Below are positions 26,624-35,704 of a DNA stretch of 45,178 nucleotides, piece after piece. The stretch covers positions 1-45,178 of the IMG/VR virus record IMGVR_UViG_3300040733_000068. One strand, given 5' to 3'. The notes below the pieces were generated by a model. The model was not told the origin of the DNA. It ran no database searches and was given only the letters and a program-made list of their open reading frames with translations. The position numbers and the translations under genes were made by a program. Origin of the DNA: a virus (taxonomy: Duplodnaviria > Caudoviricetes). Numbering within the stretch: the stretch's first letter is position 1; each line of letters starts with the position of its first letter.

Positions 26624-26878
26624 TCAGAGGGTGAGCGCGTCCTTGAGGTCCTTGCCGGACGTGTAGATCTCGATCGTCGCCCGGCCGATCGCCATCGTCT
26701 CCGCGTCGGTGATCGTACCGTCGGCGATCGCGGCGTCATACTGCCGGAGGTTTTCGACCACGGCCCCGCCGAGGTTCGCGGCACGGGCGATCTTCGGACG
26801 GTTGACGAATACCCCCGCTGCAAAGGTGCATAGACCCACAACAGCGGCAAAGAGGAGCTGATAGTCCGTTAGGGGCAT
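26624..26878 (-). CDS. Small N-terminal-TM membrane protein (holin-like), first gene of packaging operon
   Basis: Start MPLTDYQLLFAAVVGLCTFAAGVFV at 26878; AIADGTITDAE motif. Confidence 0.6.
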   Translation of the reverse strand: MPLTDYQLLFAAVVGLCTFAAGVFVNRPKIARAANLGGAVVENLRQYDAAIADGTITDAETMAIGRATIEIYTSGKDLKDALTL

Positions 26879-26896
26879 GGACCGTTTTTGAAAATT

Positions 26897-26913
26897 GGGG
26901 CTCAATACATTTT
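26897..26913 (-). promoter_or_regulatory. Putative late promoter motif AAAATGTATTGAGCCCC (packaging operon)
   Basis: 16/17 identical to 8376-8392, with the same 18-nt spacing to the ATG. Confidence 0.7.
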
Positions 26914-27039
26914 CGATGGTTTCGGTTATTCCTGTATCCCGGTCAAGCAGTCCTCCATCCATTCGCGGTGGAACTCGAACAGGACTCGATCGTTTGATAT
27001 CACGATCTGCTCGATCCGGGGGTTCGCGGTCTAAGTCGA

Positions 27040-27300
27040 GGTGTGGCAGGCCATAGGCCACGAACTAGTCGGCTGTGACCTACTGCAGCACACGGATCAT
27101 TTCGCCGAAGTGATCGTCATGGTCCTGGGTCGCCATGACATTCTCGAGCCGGGAGATGCTATCGGCGGCGAGAGCGGCCGAAACGGAGGGTGCGGCCCAC
27201 GATTTCCCCGTGCCGATGAGCATCGCGTGGCCGTTCGCGCCTGGACGAGGATTGAGACGCCCTGGTCGACGTCGAGATGGGTGACTGTCGGGTGCCGGGG
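27040..27300 (-). pseudogene. Decayed ComEC/Rec2-like metallo-beta-lactamase-fold hydrolase fragment
   Basis: Across a frameshift it reads PTVTHLDVDQGVSILVQA / NGHAMLIGTG...ISRLENVMATQDHDDHFGEMIRVLQ*, a degraded version of LDVGQGDSIL...MLIDAG...THPHxDHIGG. Confidence 0.65.
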
Positions 27301-27334
27301 ATATTGGCGGTTGCGGGGCTGAGGTGGCCTCGCT

Positions 27335-27877
27335 GACCGAGGATTACAGGGAGTACAGCTGGTCATCTCTGATGGTCATCGCGGGATTCAGGCAGCCGTT
27401 GCTTCATCCTTCATCGGTGCCTCGTGGCAGATGTGCGAGGTCCACACGACACGAGCCGTGTTGAGAAACATCCCGAAGAAACATCATCGTGAGATCGTCG
27501 ACCGGCTCAGGGAGGCATTCGGAAACGGAGAACGATTGCAGACGCTGGCTGACGACCTCAACGAACGGGGATACCGAAAAGTAGCAAACACGATCGAGTG
27601 ATTCTTGTCGGGACTGCTGAACTACACGGCCTTTCCGAAGGCGCATGGAAAATGGATCCGGACGACCAATCTCATGGAACGGATCAACAAGGAACTCAAA
27701 CGAAGGATCCGAGTCATGCCTTCCCCTCGGAGCATGCCCTCATGAGATTCGCCAGGGCGATCCTCATGGACATCAACAAGGAGTGGGTTATCGAAGGAAG
27801 GTATTTGTCGATGAACGAGTGATGATCAAGGGCGGATACAGGGTACCGGGAAGTTACAGCAATTATAAGACACTACC
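27335..27877 (+). mobile_element. IS256-family transposase 3' remnant with right terminus
   Basis: RGLQGVQLVISDGHRGIQAAV...WQMCEVH...(TGA)...IRTTNLMERINKELKRRIRV, then a frameshift; terminus TTACAGCAATTATAAGACACTACC. Confidence 0.88.
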
Positions 27878-27898
27878 AGAATTACCGAAGTACTGTGG

Positions 27899-29383
27899 CT
27901 AGTATGCCACTACACCCTTTCGGATATTAATTTTATCTATTGCTATTTTTGCCGACTGTTGAAGATTTCTATCTTCCTCATCGTCATTAATAATTTTTTG
28001 TAAATGAATAATTGCATCAGGATGGCCTTTATCAATTAGAAATTCTACTGCAGCTCTCCGAACAGCGTCATGGGGCGCATAGAGTGAGGTAATTATTGCA
28101 TCATATATTTGTGGATCTTCATCAAATTTTTCTAAGGCTTTAATTAAACATTCTTTCTTCATCACATCATCACTATTGTCAGTTAAGGCATCACAAAGAA
28201 GAGTGGCAGATTGCTTCGATTTTGTCCCATAGTATTTAATTAAATCTGCTGCGGCGAATCTTGACTCAGATTTTTCAGATATAAGAGCGTTAGATAAAAT
28301 TTCATTCGTTTTTTCGCGATCAATATTGTCTGCTCGATTTCTGAATTCAATCAAAGCTAACCTTGCATCAGATATTACATTTTTATCGGGATCGGTGATC
28401 ATCCTACAGAGAGGTATTATCGCGCTATTATCCAATAATTGTCCTAATGATCCGCATGCCGACCTACGAATTAATCCTTCCGAATCGTCAAGTTGCGATA
28501 TTAAGGGTTCTATAACCATTTTCTCATGAAAATTTCCAAGTCCTGATGTTGCTTTGAATCGAACAAACGGATCGGAATCTTTGAGAGCTGCAACAAGATG
28601 GTGTATCATCGTTAAATGGTCTATCATCTGTTCATCCTTACAACTTGATAATGCATCAATAGCAACTCCCCTTACATTGGCATTATTATCCTTGAGTAAA
28701 AGAATTAGAGTTTGTATCGCTTCTCGATCATCCCAATGAGGACGACAATATTCATAATCCCCCGTGAATACGGTTTTTAAAGCAATAGCAGAAGATATTC
28801 GAGCTTGAGGATTTGAATCCTTTAATCCTTTAATTAGCGGCAGAATATTAAAATGAGTTGGATCCTTCCATACTAATAATCCAATGACATGGATTATCGC
28901 GTCTCTTGTCGTATTATCATCACTTCCAAGTAATGAGATAATTTCTTCTGTATTGAGTCGTTCGTATATATTCAATAATGATATTTCAGATTCATTTTTA
29001 ATTTGGATATGTCTGGTCTTCCTATTGACGAGATAAACATCTTTAAGTGCAGAATAATCCCCAACCTGCTTAAGGGATCTGATCGCATGATAAATGGTTT
29101 CCTCATCCTTATCATTCGTTGCTGTTAGTAACAAAGCCACAGCACGAGGTTCATTTTTAAAATTTTTCAGTGCGATTGCCGTAGCATTACGTATTAAAGT
29201 TCTATCATGTTTTATCAATGATTGAAATGAATCAAGAACTCTCTTATCCCCCACTTCCCCCAATGCATAGATTACATCGCACATAATTCCGATATCGGAA
29301 CTAGCGAGTAATTTTAAAAGAGCGTCCACATCTTTTTTATTTTTTATTTTTTCAATATTTGGCTTTCGAGAAAACCACGACAT
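27899..29383 (-). CDS. HEAT-repeat (PBS lyase HEAT-like) protein
   Basis: Repeated L.D.d..VR..A..ALG units; N-terminal KPNIEKIKNKKDVDALLKLL is typical of methanogen HEAT proteins; strongly AT-rich. Confidence 0.9.
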   Translation of the reverse strand: MSWFSRKPNIEKIKNKKDVDALLKLLASSDIGIMCDVIYALGEVGDKRVLDSFQSLIKHDRTLIRNATAIALKNFKNEPRAVALLLTATNDKDEETIYHAIRSLKQVGDYSALKDVYLVNRKTRHIQIKNESEISLLNIYERLNTEEIISLLGSDDNTTRDAIIHVIGLLVWKDPTHFNILPLIKGLKDSNPQARISSAIALKTVFTGDYEYCRPHWDDREAIQTLILLLKDNNANVRGVAIDALSSCKDEQMIDHLTMIHHLVAALKDSDPFVRFKATSGLGNFHEKMVIEPLISQLDDSEGLIRRSACGSLGQLLDNSAIIPLCRMITDPDKNVISDARLALIEFRNRADNIDREKTNEILSNALISEKSESRFAAADLIKYYGTKSKQSATLLCDALTDNSDDVMKKECLIKALEKFDEDPQIYDAIITSLYAPHDAVRRAAVEFLIDKGHPDAIIHLQKIINDDEEDRNLQQSAKIAIDKINIRKGVVAY

Positions 29384-29451
29384 AGTAGATAATAACTAGT
29401 ATCTTAAATAAAAACGTAGTGTCTCAGAAATATTGATATTTCCTCGAGGCT

Positions 29452-29870
29452 CAGTATTTCGTTAATTCCCCTCCGTGATCATAATCATTCATCATCACTC
29501 CTCACCTCTTTTGCCTATTCGTGACTTCTGAGTGCAGGAATCATCCGGATGATCTTCAACATTGATTGCACCGCTTCCCAGATCATCAACCGGAACTGAT
29601 CGAATCGGAACGCACGCTTCTCGATCGTCTTCGGCCCTCGTCTCACGGGGGAAAACTGATTCCAGAGAACGACCATCCAGAGGTTTTCAGAATGAAGGAG
29701 ATGATGGCAAAGAGATAGCAGATTATTAGGTTGCGGGTTGATGTCCTGGGTTTGACCTGGTTGCGCATCCCCTACGACGACTCGATTGTAAACCGTGAAC
29801 AATATATTTCATAGATCTTCCGGGGATGTCTGTCGATGCCATCGACGACATACCCAAGAGAAATGCGAAA
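29452..29870 (-). mobile_element. ISH3-family transposase 3' remnant
   Basis: Minus strand reads LGYVVDG...IYEIYCSRFTIESS*GMRNQVKPRTSTRN...YLFAIISFILK(frameshift)NLWMVVLW, a decayed YRxRFGIESSYR motif; terminus CAGTATTTCG at 29452. Confidence 0.78.
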
Positions 29871-29964
29871 TTAGCGAACTACTGGTCCGGGCGGTCGAAG
29901 GGGTTCCCGTCGTCGGGTGTGATCTTGGTATGGGGATCGTCGAAGGGGTCTCGCTGAAGCGTTC

Positions 29965-30207
29965 TCATTCGTGTAGTGCTCTCCGGCAGTCCGGACAGAG
30001 GATCGCGGGCTCGTCGTCAATTCGGACGATATCGAACGCCTTTCCGGGCTTTTGGCAGTTATCACACTGCGTTGTCATCGGGACTGCCTCAGCGAGGAGG
30101 GATATCTCGTCCTTGCGCTTGAATTTCCTGCTGCACTGCGAGCAGCAGAGCATTTGATTTGGGCTTCGCGGCTTCCAGGTGTGGCCGCAGAACGGGCATT
30201 TTACCAT
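29965..30207 (-). CDS. Small double zinc-finger protein
   Basis: CPFC, CSQC, CDNC and CPDC in 80 aa. Confidence 0.7.
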   Translation of the reverse strand: MVKCPFCGHTWKPRSPNQMLCCSQCSRKFKRKDEISLLAEAVPMTTQCDNCQKPGKAFDIVRIDDEPAILCPDCRRALHE

Positions 30208-30262
30208 CGTCTCGGTTCTCCCTCAAATTCTATATAATTTCTGAATATTTAGATTCCTCGCT

Positions 30263-30640
30263 TTATTTTTCGATCGGGTCGTAAAATATGTGTCCAAATA
30301 CCATCGATCGATGATACGGGCCTCGATACCCCTGAATGGATCGACCGTTCGCGCCAAACATCTTGGGAATATCCTTTTCTTTCCATGTCCCATCCGGGTT
30401 CATCAGCCAGTACAGTTCGAAGAGGACCTCATACGATGCTCCGATCTCCTCCCCCATGAACCGAATCCCTGTTATCTGGATTTCGATCCTCTCGGCCTCC
30501 TGTGCCCGGTAGACCTCGGGGGCATAGGGATATCGGGGGATCTCGTTTCGGCCGAATTCGCAGAGGTGCACCCCTAGCCAGAGGTCGAAGTTACGGAGGA
30601 TGTCTTCGCGGGCGGGCTCCTGAAAAAGGTGCATCTGCAT
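30263..30640 (-). CDS. Hypothetical protein
   Basis: 125-aa ORF with GGAGG SD. Confidence 0.6.
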   Translation of the reverse strand: MQMHLFQEPAREDILRNFDLWLGVHLCEFGRNEIPRYPYAPEVYRAQEAERIEIQITGIRFMGEEIGASYEVLFELYWLMNPDGTWKEKDIPKMFGANGRSIQGYRGPYHRSMVFGHIFYDPIEK

Positions 30641-30655
30641 GATCCCGGCCTCCGG

Positions 30656-31441
30656 TTAGACTCCTGCCTTTGCGGCTTCGCTCGCGAGGGTGAGCGCGCC
30701 TAGGATCCGCTGCAGGTCTTCCACGAGGACTGATGATGATCCGTACACCTCGCCAGCCTCCTTGAGGGTCTGTTCGGTGAACGTCCGCAGAACCGACACA
30801 TCCGAGACGAGGTTCTGCCTTCGGCGTCTTGCCTCGACCTCGGCCTCTGACTCGGGCTCTTGCGGGGCCTCGGCCTCCCGCTTGCAGGCGGCACAGACGA
30901 TCTTTCCGTCCGGGCTGAGTTCATATTCGTCGTCTTCGTGCTGCCGCTCGAAGCAGATCGAGCAGTACCCCACGACCGGCGGAAAAGATTTGAGGGCCTG
31001 GACAGTCGCCTCAAGATCGGTTTTTACGTGGTTGTATCGCGGACCGTCGAAAACATGGTACTGCTCCCACCGGGTGAGCTGGTCCCGCAGCTCTTCCTCT
31101 CGGGCTTCCAGGTCGGCCCGGCTCATGGCGGCGTATTCGTCTGCCGTCGGGAGTCTCGGCACGTAGTCGAGGTTGATCTGTTCTAGGAACAGATCGGTCA
31201 TCAGGTCATCATGGAGGTGGTCGCGGCCGGCCGCGTGCTTCACGATCGCATATGCCTGGGATTGGTGGTTGCGTCGGAAGCCGTTTTCCGTGAACGCCCC
31301 CACGATTGTGACCTCGATCCAGGATCGCGCCGTTCCTCTGCCGAACTTGCATCGGACGACCTCGTACCCTGCGGCCTTCAGTGCGCGCCGTGCGGCGGTC
31401 GTCTCGGAAACAGTCTTTGTCGGTTCGCTCGTGGTTGCCAT
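30656..31441 (-). CDS. Hypothetical protein with internal Zn finger
   Basis: Likely start MATTSEP at 31441 downstream of a BRE/TATA; CSIC...CAAC. Confidence 0.7.
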   Translation of the reverse strand: MATTSEPTKTVSETTAARRALKAAGYEVVRCKFGRGTARSWIEVTIVGAFTENGFRRNHQSQAYAIVKHAAGRDHLHDDLMTDLFLEQINLDYVPRLPTADEYAAMSRADLEAREEELRDQLTRWEQYHVFDGPRYNHVKTDLEATVQALKSFPPVVGYCSICFERQHEDDEYELSPDGKIVCAACKREAEAPQEPESEAEVEARRRRQNLVSDVSVLRTFTEQTLKEAGEVYGSSSVLVEDLQRILGALTLASEAAKAGV

Positions 31442-31454
31442 TTCCCTTTCCTCT

Positions 31455-31491
31455 ACTACTATATAGTAGTCATAAGTATTTATAACTTTCG
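31455..31491 (-). promoter_or_regulatory. Archaeal BRE-TATA promoter with downstream perfect 16-bp palindrome
   Basis: Minus strand CGAAAG-TTATAAATA; palindrome ACTACTATATAGTAGT at 31455-31470. Confidence 0.7.
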
Positions 31492-31514
31492 TTAAAGGGA
31501 AAATACAAAATCGG

Positions 31515-31889
31515 CTACGTGCTCCGCGATTCCCAATCGCGGAAATCTTCCAGCGTCGAACGGACTTTCCAGGCAGCGCGGGTGAGGCGGTTGGAGCTTG
31601 CCCGACCGGGAGATTCCTTCCGGGCGATCTCCTCGGGAGGGGTCTCGTACAAACCGGCGTGCCCATACTCCTTCGAGACCTTGAGCAGGATCCGGATCCG
31701 GCGGAGGGTGTAATCGGGATCCCGGTCGGGGATGTTTATGATCTCCCACGCGGCGAACGCGCGGATCCGGTCGGCGTCCCGGACGATTGCGGGGGGCTCG
31801 GGCGTGAGGGTTCGCGGGCTGGTTTCGATCTGCGTGATGGCGCCGGTTGGCCGGAGCGGTCCCCGGCTCTGCATCAGAGGGACCGCCAT
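31515..31889 (-). CDS. Hypothetical protein
   Basis: 124 aa, TAATG-coupled to the upstream gene. Confidence 0.55.
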   Translation of the reverse strand: MAVPLMQSRGPLRPTGAITQIETSPRTLTPEPPAIVRDADRIRAFAAWEIINIPDRDPDYTLRRIRILLKVSKEYGHAGLYETPPEEIARKESPGRASSNRLTRAAWKVRSTLEDFRDWESRST

Positions 31890-32512
31890 TACGGATCCCT
31901 CTTCGGGAGCTCTTCGCCCTGAGCGTTCAAGACCGTCATATTCGATCGCGGTTTGAGGTGGGGGTTATCCCACTCGCGCAAGATCCGTCCTGCATACTCG
32001 ATATCGTCCCCGGACGGGGCCTTGATTTTGATGAACCGGGCCGGAGGAACCGGATAGATCCGTCCATCATCACCGCGATAGATCATCGCCCCGGCCTCAA
32101 TACGCTCCCCTGCGATCTCTCCAGGAGGGATCCATCGGCCCCGCTCGAAGTGGCCGGGGGTGGCCTCGGCCCGGACCATGCAAGGGGGAAGCCCGAAGCC
32201 TTCGATCTGCTCGCCCTGGACGGGCGGGCGTCCGGTATCGCCGGACCTCACTACCGACGTATAGGGGACGGGTATAAGCTCTCCCGCCTCGGTCCGTGGA
32301 GCCGTGACCCCCTCGCTGTCGATTACGCGCTGTTTCCAGTCGATACCCAGGGACGTAAGGATCGCCTCATACGCCGCCTTAAGCCCGAACCATTCCCCGT
32401 TCAGATAATCGAAATTCTCCGCCTCGTTGGGAAGGCAACTCCGGTAATCGAGATACCGCATTCTCGCCTCTATCCGCTCGATTACGGACATAAGCGGGCC
32501 GATGTCGATCAT
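31889..32512 (-). CDS. Hypothetical protein
   Basis: 207 aa; GGAGGAG SD; ATGA overlap. Confidence 0.6.
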   Translation of the reverse strand: MIDIGPLMSVIERIEARMRYLDYRSCLPNEAENFDYLNGEWFGLKAAYEAILTSLGIDWKQRVIDSEGVTAPRTEAGELIPVPYTSVVRSGDTGRPPVQGEQIEGFGLPPCMVRAEATPGHFERGRWIPPGEIAGERIEAGAMIYRGDDGRIYPVPPARFIKIKAPSGDDIEYAGRILREWDNPHLKPRSNMTVLNAQGEELPKRDP

Positions 32513-32682
32513 TCTGTCGGCTCCTCCTGATGGGCCATAACGGGCGGGTACAGCCTCGGCACGGTAATGATCGTGGCCGCGTCGGTCTCGGTCACCGTGA
32601 CGCCAGCACGGGCGACCAGGGCGGATATGAGGTCGACGGTCGGAACCTCGAACACCTCGTCAAGGTCTTCGAGGGCGGTCAT
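32509..32682 (-). CDS. Small hypothetical protein
   Basis: MTALEDLDEV start at 32682 overlaps the upstream stop. Confidence 0.5.
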   Translation of the reverse strand: MTALEDLDEVFEVPTVDLISALVARAGVTVTETDAATIITVPRLYPPVMAHQEEPTE

Positions 32683-34271
32683 ATCTCCCCCCGCACATCC
32701 CGGTAAAACTCCCGGTATTCGTCCGGCAGGAACCCGAGCGTTCGTTCTGCGATCCCGGTCGCGGCCACCCTCACGGCTCCATAGAGCGCGCGGAGCGTCT
32801 TCCCTCCGGCCGTCATGATGTCCGGCGGGATCCGCTGCCGGATGCCGTTCAGCTCCCATTGCTGAGGGCGGCACTCGGGGGGCTGGAACCAGATCCAATC
32901 GCCGTCTTCCAGGTAGAGCGATCCCTGAGGGATCGGGAACGGCGGCGGGGTCTCGGGGGCGACGGCGATCGGGAGCAGGGTAATCCGCGGACTCTTCGAG
33001 CCGGCCGGGACGGTCCAGAGGGTCCCGGTCGCGGCGGTCCGGATCGTATACGACCCGTGGCTCATGTCGCTCCGCTTCGCCAGGTACTTAGCGAGGTCGT
33101 TCTTATGCTCGGGTGCCTCGAAGTAGATCCGTTTCTCCATGCCGCCGAGCAGGATCGGGTTCTTCGGCGGGTTGACGAGGGTCAGGTCGACGATCTGATC
33201 GTCACCCATCGCCTGATAGGCTCGATAACGGTTGTTCCTGAGCTCGGCCTGTACCCTGGCGCCGTGGCCGCCGTATTCGATCGCGATCCCGACCGTCGAG
33301 CCGTCGTCGATCCAGTCTTCGATCACGAGACTGTCGGCGGTCTCGTTCGTGAACAGTCCCCCGCAGTTGTAACAGCGAGACGTCCGCATGCGGCGGAAGG
33401 TTCCGGCGGGGGCATACACTCCGCTCTGATACCGTTCCTTCGGGGTGCCGGCCGATCGCTGTCCCGCATCCCAGATCTCGACGTCCTCGACGACGAGATC
33501 AACGATATCCTGCCGGTGCCCGGTCCACGAGCCGTCCCAATGCAGCGCGCTCTGCCACGAATCGCGGATCAGACCGTTCCGGATCCGCCAGCGGAGGGCG
33601 TTGCCGGTGTCGTTGTCCATGGCGCAGCTCCAATCCTGTTTTCCGCCCTTGATGTAGCCGGAGCCGCACCGGAGGAGAACGAACGAATCGATCAGGACGT
33701 CGGCGAAGGTGCCGAGACCATTCCCGGTCCCCTGCTGTGCGCCGTCCAGGTGGAACCCGAGCCCGTGGTGATACGAGTCCTCGATCCGGATGTTGGTCAG
33801 CCGGATGTTTCGCATGGTGCCGTTCGGCGGCCCCCAGAACTGGATCGCCCCGGTGCATCCTCCCCGGCCTCCGAAGTCGAGATGTTTCCCCGGTTCGAGC
33901 GACTGAATCACGGAGACGTGATCGAGCCACAGATCGGAGGCGTGCGCCTGGATGCCGATCCATCCCCAGGTGGTGATGCCGATCAGGTTGGCGCCGGCCT
34001 CGTCGAGCGTGATCCGGCAGACGTCCTTTTCGGCGCGGAGCTCGGTACCCGGGGCGGCCTTGATCGTGGTGCCCTTCCCGACTCTCAGGTATCGTGTGCC
34101 GTCTGCTGCTCTGCCTGCGTTGGCGTCGTACCGACCTAGAGCGAGCTGGATCTCTGTGCCGTCCTCCGCGAACGCTCGCGCGAGGCGGGTCACGTCATCG
34201 CCGTTACAGACGATATCGGCGTCGTTCCGGTCATTGAAAGAGCTGTTTTTCGCTGCGATCTGGATTGTCAT
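32679..34271 (-). CDS. Right-handed parallel beta-helix (pectin-lyase-like) protein
   Basis: ADIVCNGDD cap, IQLALGRY, repeated rungs (MRNIRLTNIRIEDSYHHGLGF, ADVLIDSF, RWRIRNGLIRDSWQSALHW, DLVVEDVEIWD). Confidence 0.72.
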   Translation of the reverse strand: MTIQIAAKNSSFNDRNDADIVCNGDDVTRLARAFAEDGTEIQLALGRYDANAGRAADGTRYLRVGKGTTIKAAPGTELRAEKDVCRITLDEAGANLIGITTWGWIGIQAHASDLWLDHVSVIQSLEPGKHLDFGGRGGCTGAIQFWGPPNGTMRNIRLTNIRIEDSYHHGLGFHLDGAQQGTGNGLGTFADVLIDSFVLLRCGSGYIKGGKQDWSCAMDNDTGNALRWRIRNGLIRDSWQSALHWDGSWTGHRQDIVDLVVEDVEIWDAGQRSAGTPKERYQSGVYAPAGTFRRMRTSRCYNCGGLFTNETADSLVIEDWIDDGSTVGIAIEYGGHGARVQAELRNNRYRAYQAMGDDQIVDLTLVNPPKNPILLGGMEKRIYFEAPEHKNDLAKYLAKRSDMSHGSYTIRTAATGTLWTVPAGSKSPRITLLPIAVAPETPPPFPIPQGSLYLEDGDWIWFQPPECRPQQWELNGIRQRIPPDIMTAGGKTLRALYGAVRVAATGIAERTLGFLPDEYREFYRDVRGEI

Positions 34272-34404
34272 GGCCCTGATCCCTCCTGGTCCATCGTGGT
34301 CCTCTGTCTCTGCTTCATGGCGGCCCCCGGTTCCACGGTCGAAACGCTAGGAGCTCGGCGGAGCCGGGTTACGATCTGTAGTGAGTCGATTCTTCGATCG
34401 GCCA

Positions 34405-34605
34405 TCAGAGGATCTCACCTCCGATCAGCCGGCAGCCAAGCGGAGCGGCGCCTGCGTTCGGTCGGGAGGGGAATGCCTGCCAGCCGCCCACGCCCGGCCT
34501 GTACGTCGTGAGCTGGTTGATGGACGCCTCGGGGACCGGCCCCCAGGCGGCGCACCTCTCCCGGTTGCACATGTCCCGCCGGAACGGACAGATGACCGAT
34601 GTCAA
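34405..34605 (-). CDS. Small Cys-rich protein
   Basis: CPF...C...CAAW...GCRLI; coupled to neighbours. Confidence 0.55.
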   Translation of the reverse strand: MTSVICPFRRDMCNRERCAAWGPVPEASINQLTTYRPGVGGWQAFPSRPNAGAAPLGCRLIGGEIL

Positions 34606-35015
34606 GCGGGAACCTCAGTCAGAAGGCCCTGATTAGGCATCGTTAGGGGGGTACGTTTCCCCTTTAGGCCCTTTGTCGATACTCGGGCCGTCTTGCGGGG
34701 GTGAGGAGCGCAGAACGCTTCTGTGTGCCTCTCACGCGATCGGCTCACGTCTGGGGGGTTCAGGCAATCCGGACACCGGGGGAGGTCCTCGGGAGCCTGC
34801 TCCTCGAACCATCGGGGAGGTTTGCCGAACCGACCGCAGACGGAGACGAGAGGACCTCGATGGGGGACGGGGAACAGGTGCGCGTGCCCCTCTCTCAGTC
34901 GACGGTCGGCATACCATCCGGGAGCGAACCGGAGCGCGGGGGAGTTCAAACGGTCGTGCGAGGGTGCCCGAGCATGGGCGATCGGATTCGGGAGTTCAGT
35001 GAGATCATCGGTCAT
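34602..35015 (-). CDS. Hypothetical Zn-finger protein
   Basis: HAHLF...SVCG...RCPDC; likely start MTDDL at 35015. Confidence 0.5.
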   Translation of the reverse strand: MTDDLTELPNPIAHARAPSHDRLNSPALRFAPGWYADRRLREGHAHLFPVPHRGPLVSVCGRFGKPPRWFEEQAPEDLPRCPDCLNPPDVSRSRERHTEAFCAPHPRKTARVSTKGLKGKRTPLTMPNQGLLTEVPA

Positions 35016-35442
35016 GGAGTTCTGAATGGGGTTCGCGGTCGTCGAGCGGTGCATGGTCGGCTCCGGCCTCCCGGAGAAGCGCGGCTTTGACCGGCTCGGG
35101 GATCCGGCCGTACTCGACTTTCGATCCCTCCGGCCCGCCGTGGGTGATCGTCTTGGTAATCCAGGCTCCGGCGAGGAAGAACCCGGACTCCTCGACGACG
35201 ATCGGGATCGGGTCGAGGGAGTCGAAGTCCCCCGCCTCCAGCTTGCGACGGAGGAACCGGATCGCCGTTGCGGCTCCCTGCTCGGCGGTCTGCAGAGCGT
35301 CCGGGTAGCCGGCCTGTCGGCGAACGGTAGCGAAGAGCCCCCGCCAGCCTCCGGGGTCGACGAGGATGCCGCTCCAGTCGCTCAGCTTCTCGCGGTCGAT
35401 CGGAGGGATTTTCGTATTCCCTTCGTGAGCGGGAGGGGTCAT
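35005..35442 (-). CDS. Hypothetical protein
   Basis: Likely start MTPPAH at 35442 after GGGGGTG. Confidence 0.55.
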   Translation of the reverse strand: MTPPAHEGNTKIPPIDREKLSDWSGILVDPGGWRGLFATVRRQAGYPDALQTAEQGAATAIRFLRRKLEAGDFDSLDPIPIVVEESGFFLAGAWITKTITHGGPEGSKVEYGRIPEPVKAALLREAGADHAPLDDREPHSELHDR

Positions 35443-35506
35443 CGGCACCCCCGCGAGCATCGGCGATCGCTCATCGCGAATCGACGAACCGCGATCGGCA
35501 GATTTG

Positions 35507-35704
35507 AGGGGAGGGGGGGCTTGGATTTTGACAATCCGAGCATCCTCAGGTCTGCGTTCGCCGAGTATTCGACGGATAGGGCGTTTTCAAAAATTGAGGG
35601 GTGGCTAGGGGTGGCTTTTCCTATACACTTTCTATAGAAAATTGTCAAATTTTTTCCATGCGTAGGGAAGGAAATAAGCCCCCCTAAGCCCCCCAAGCCC
35701 CCCC
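35507..35704. repeat. Putative replication origin: inverted iteron arrays flanking an AT-rich core
   Basis: AGGGGTGGCT x2 (35597-35616) and GGGGGGGCTT (35513-35522) face (T)AAGCCCCCC x3 (35675-35704) across AT-rich 35617-35674; immediately downstream of the helicase gene. Confidence 0.6.

Noticed and set aside
12397-29775. In-frame TAA/TGA/TAG codons in transposase fragments as possible recoding (Pyl/Sec)
   Set aside because: They come with truncations and frameshifts, consistent with ordinary pseudogene decay.
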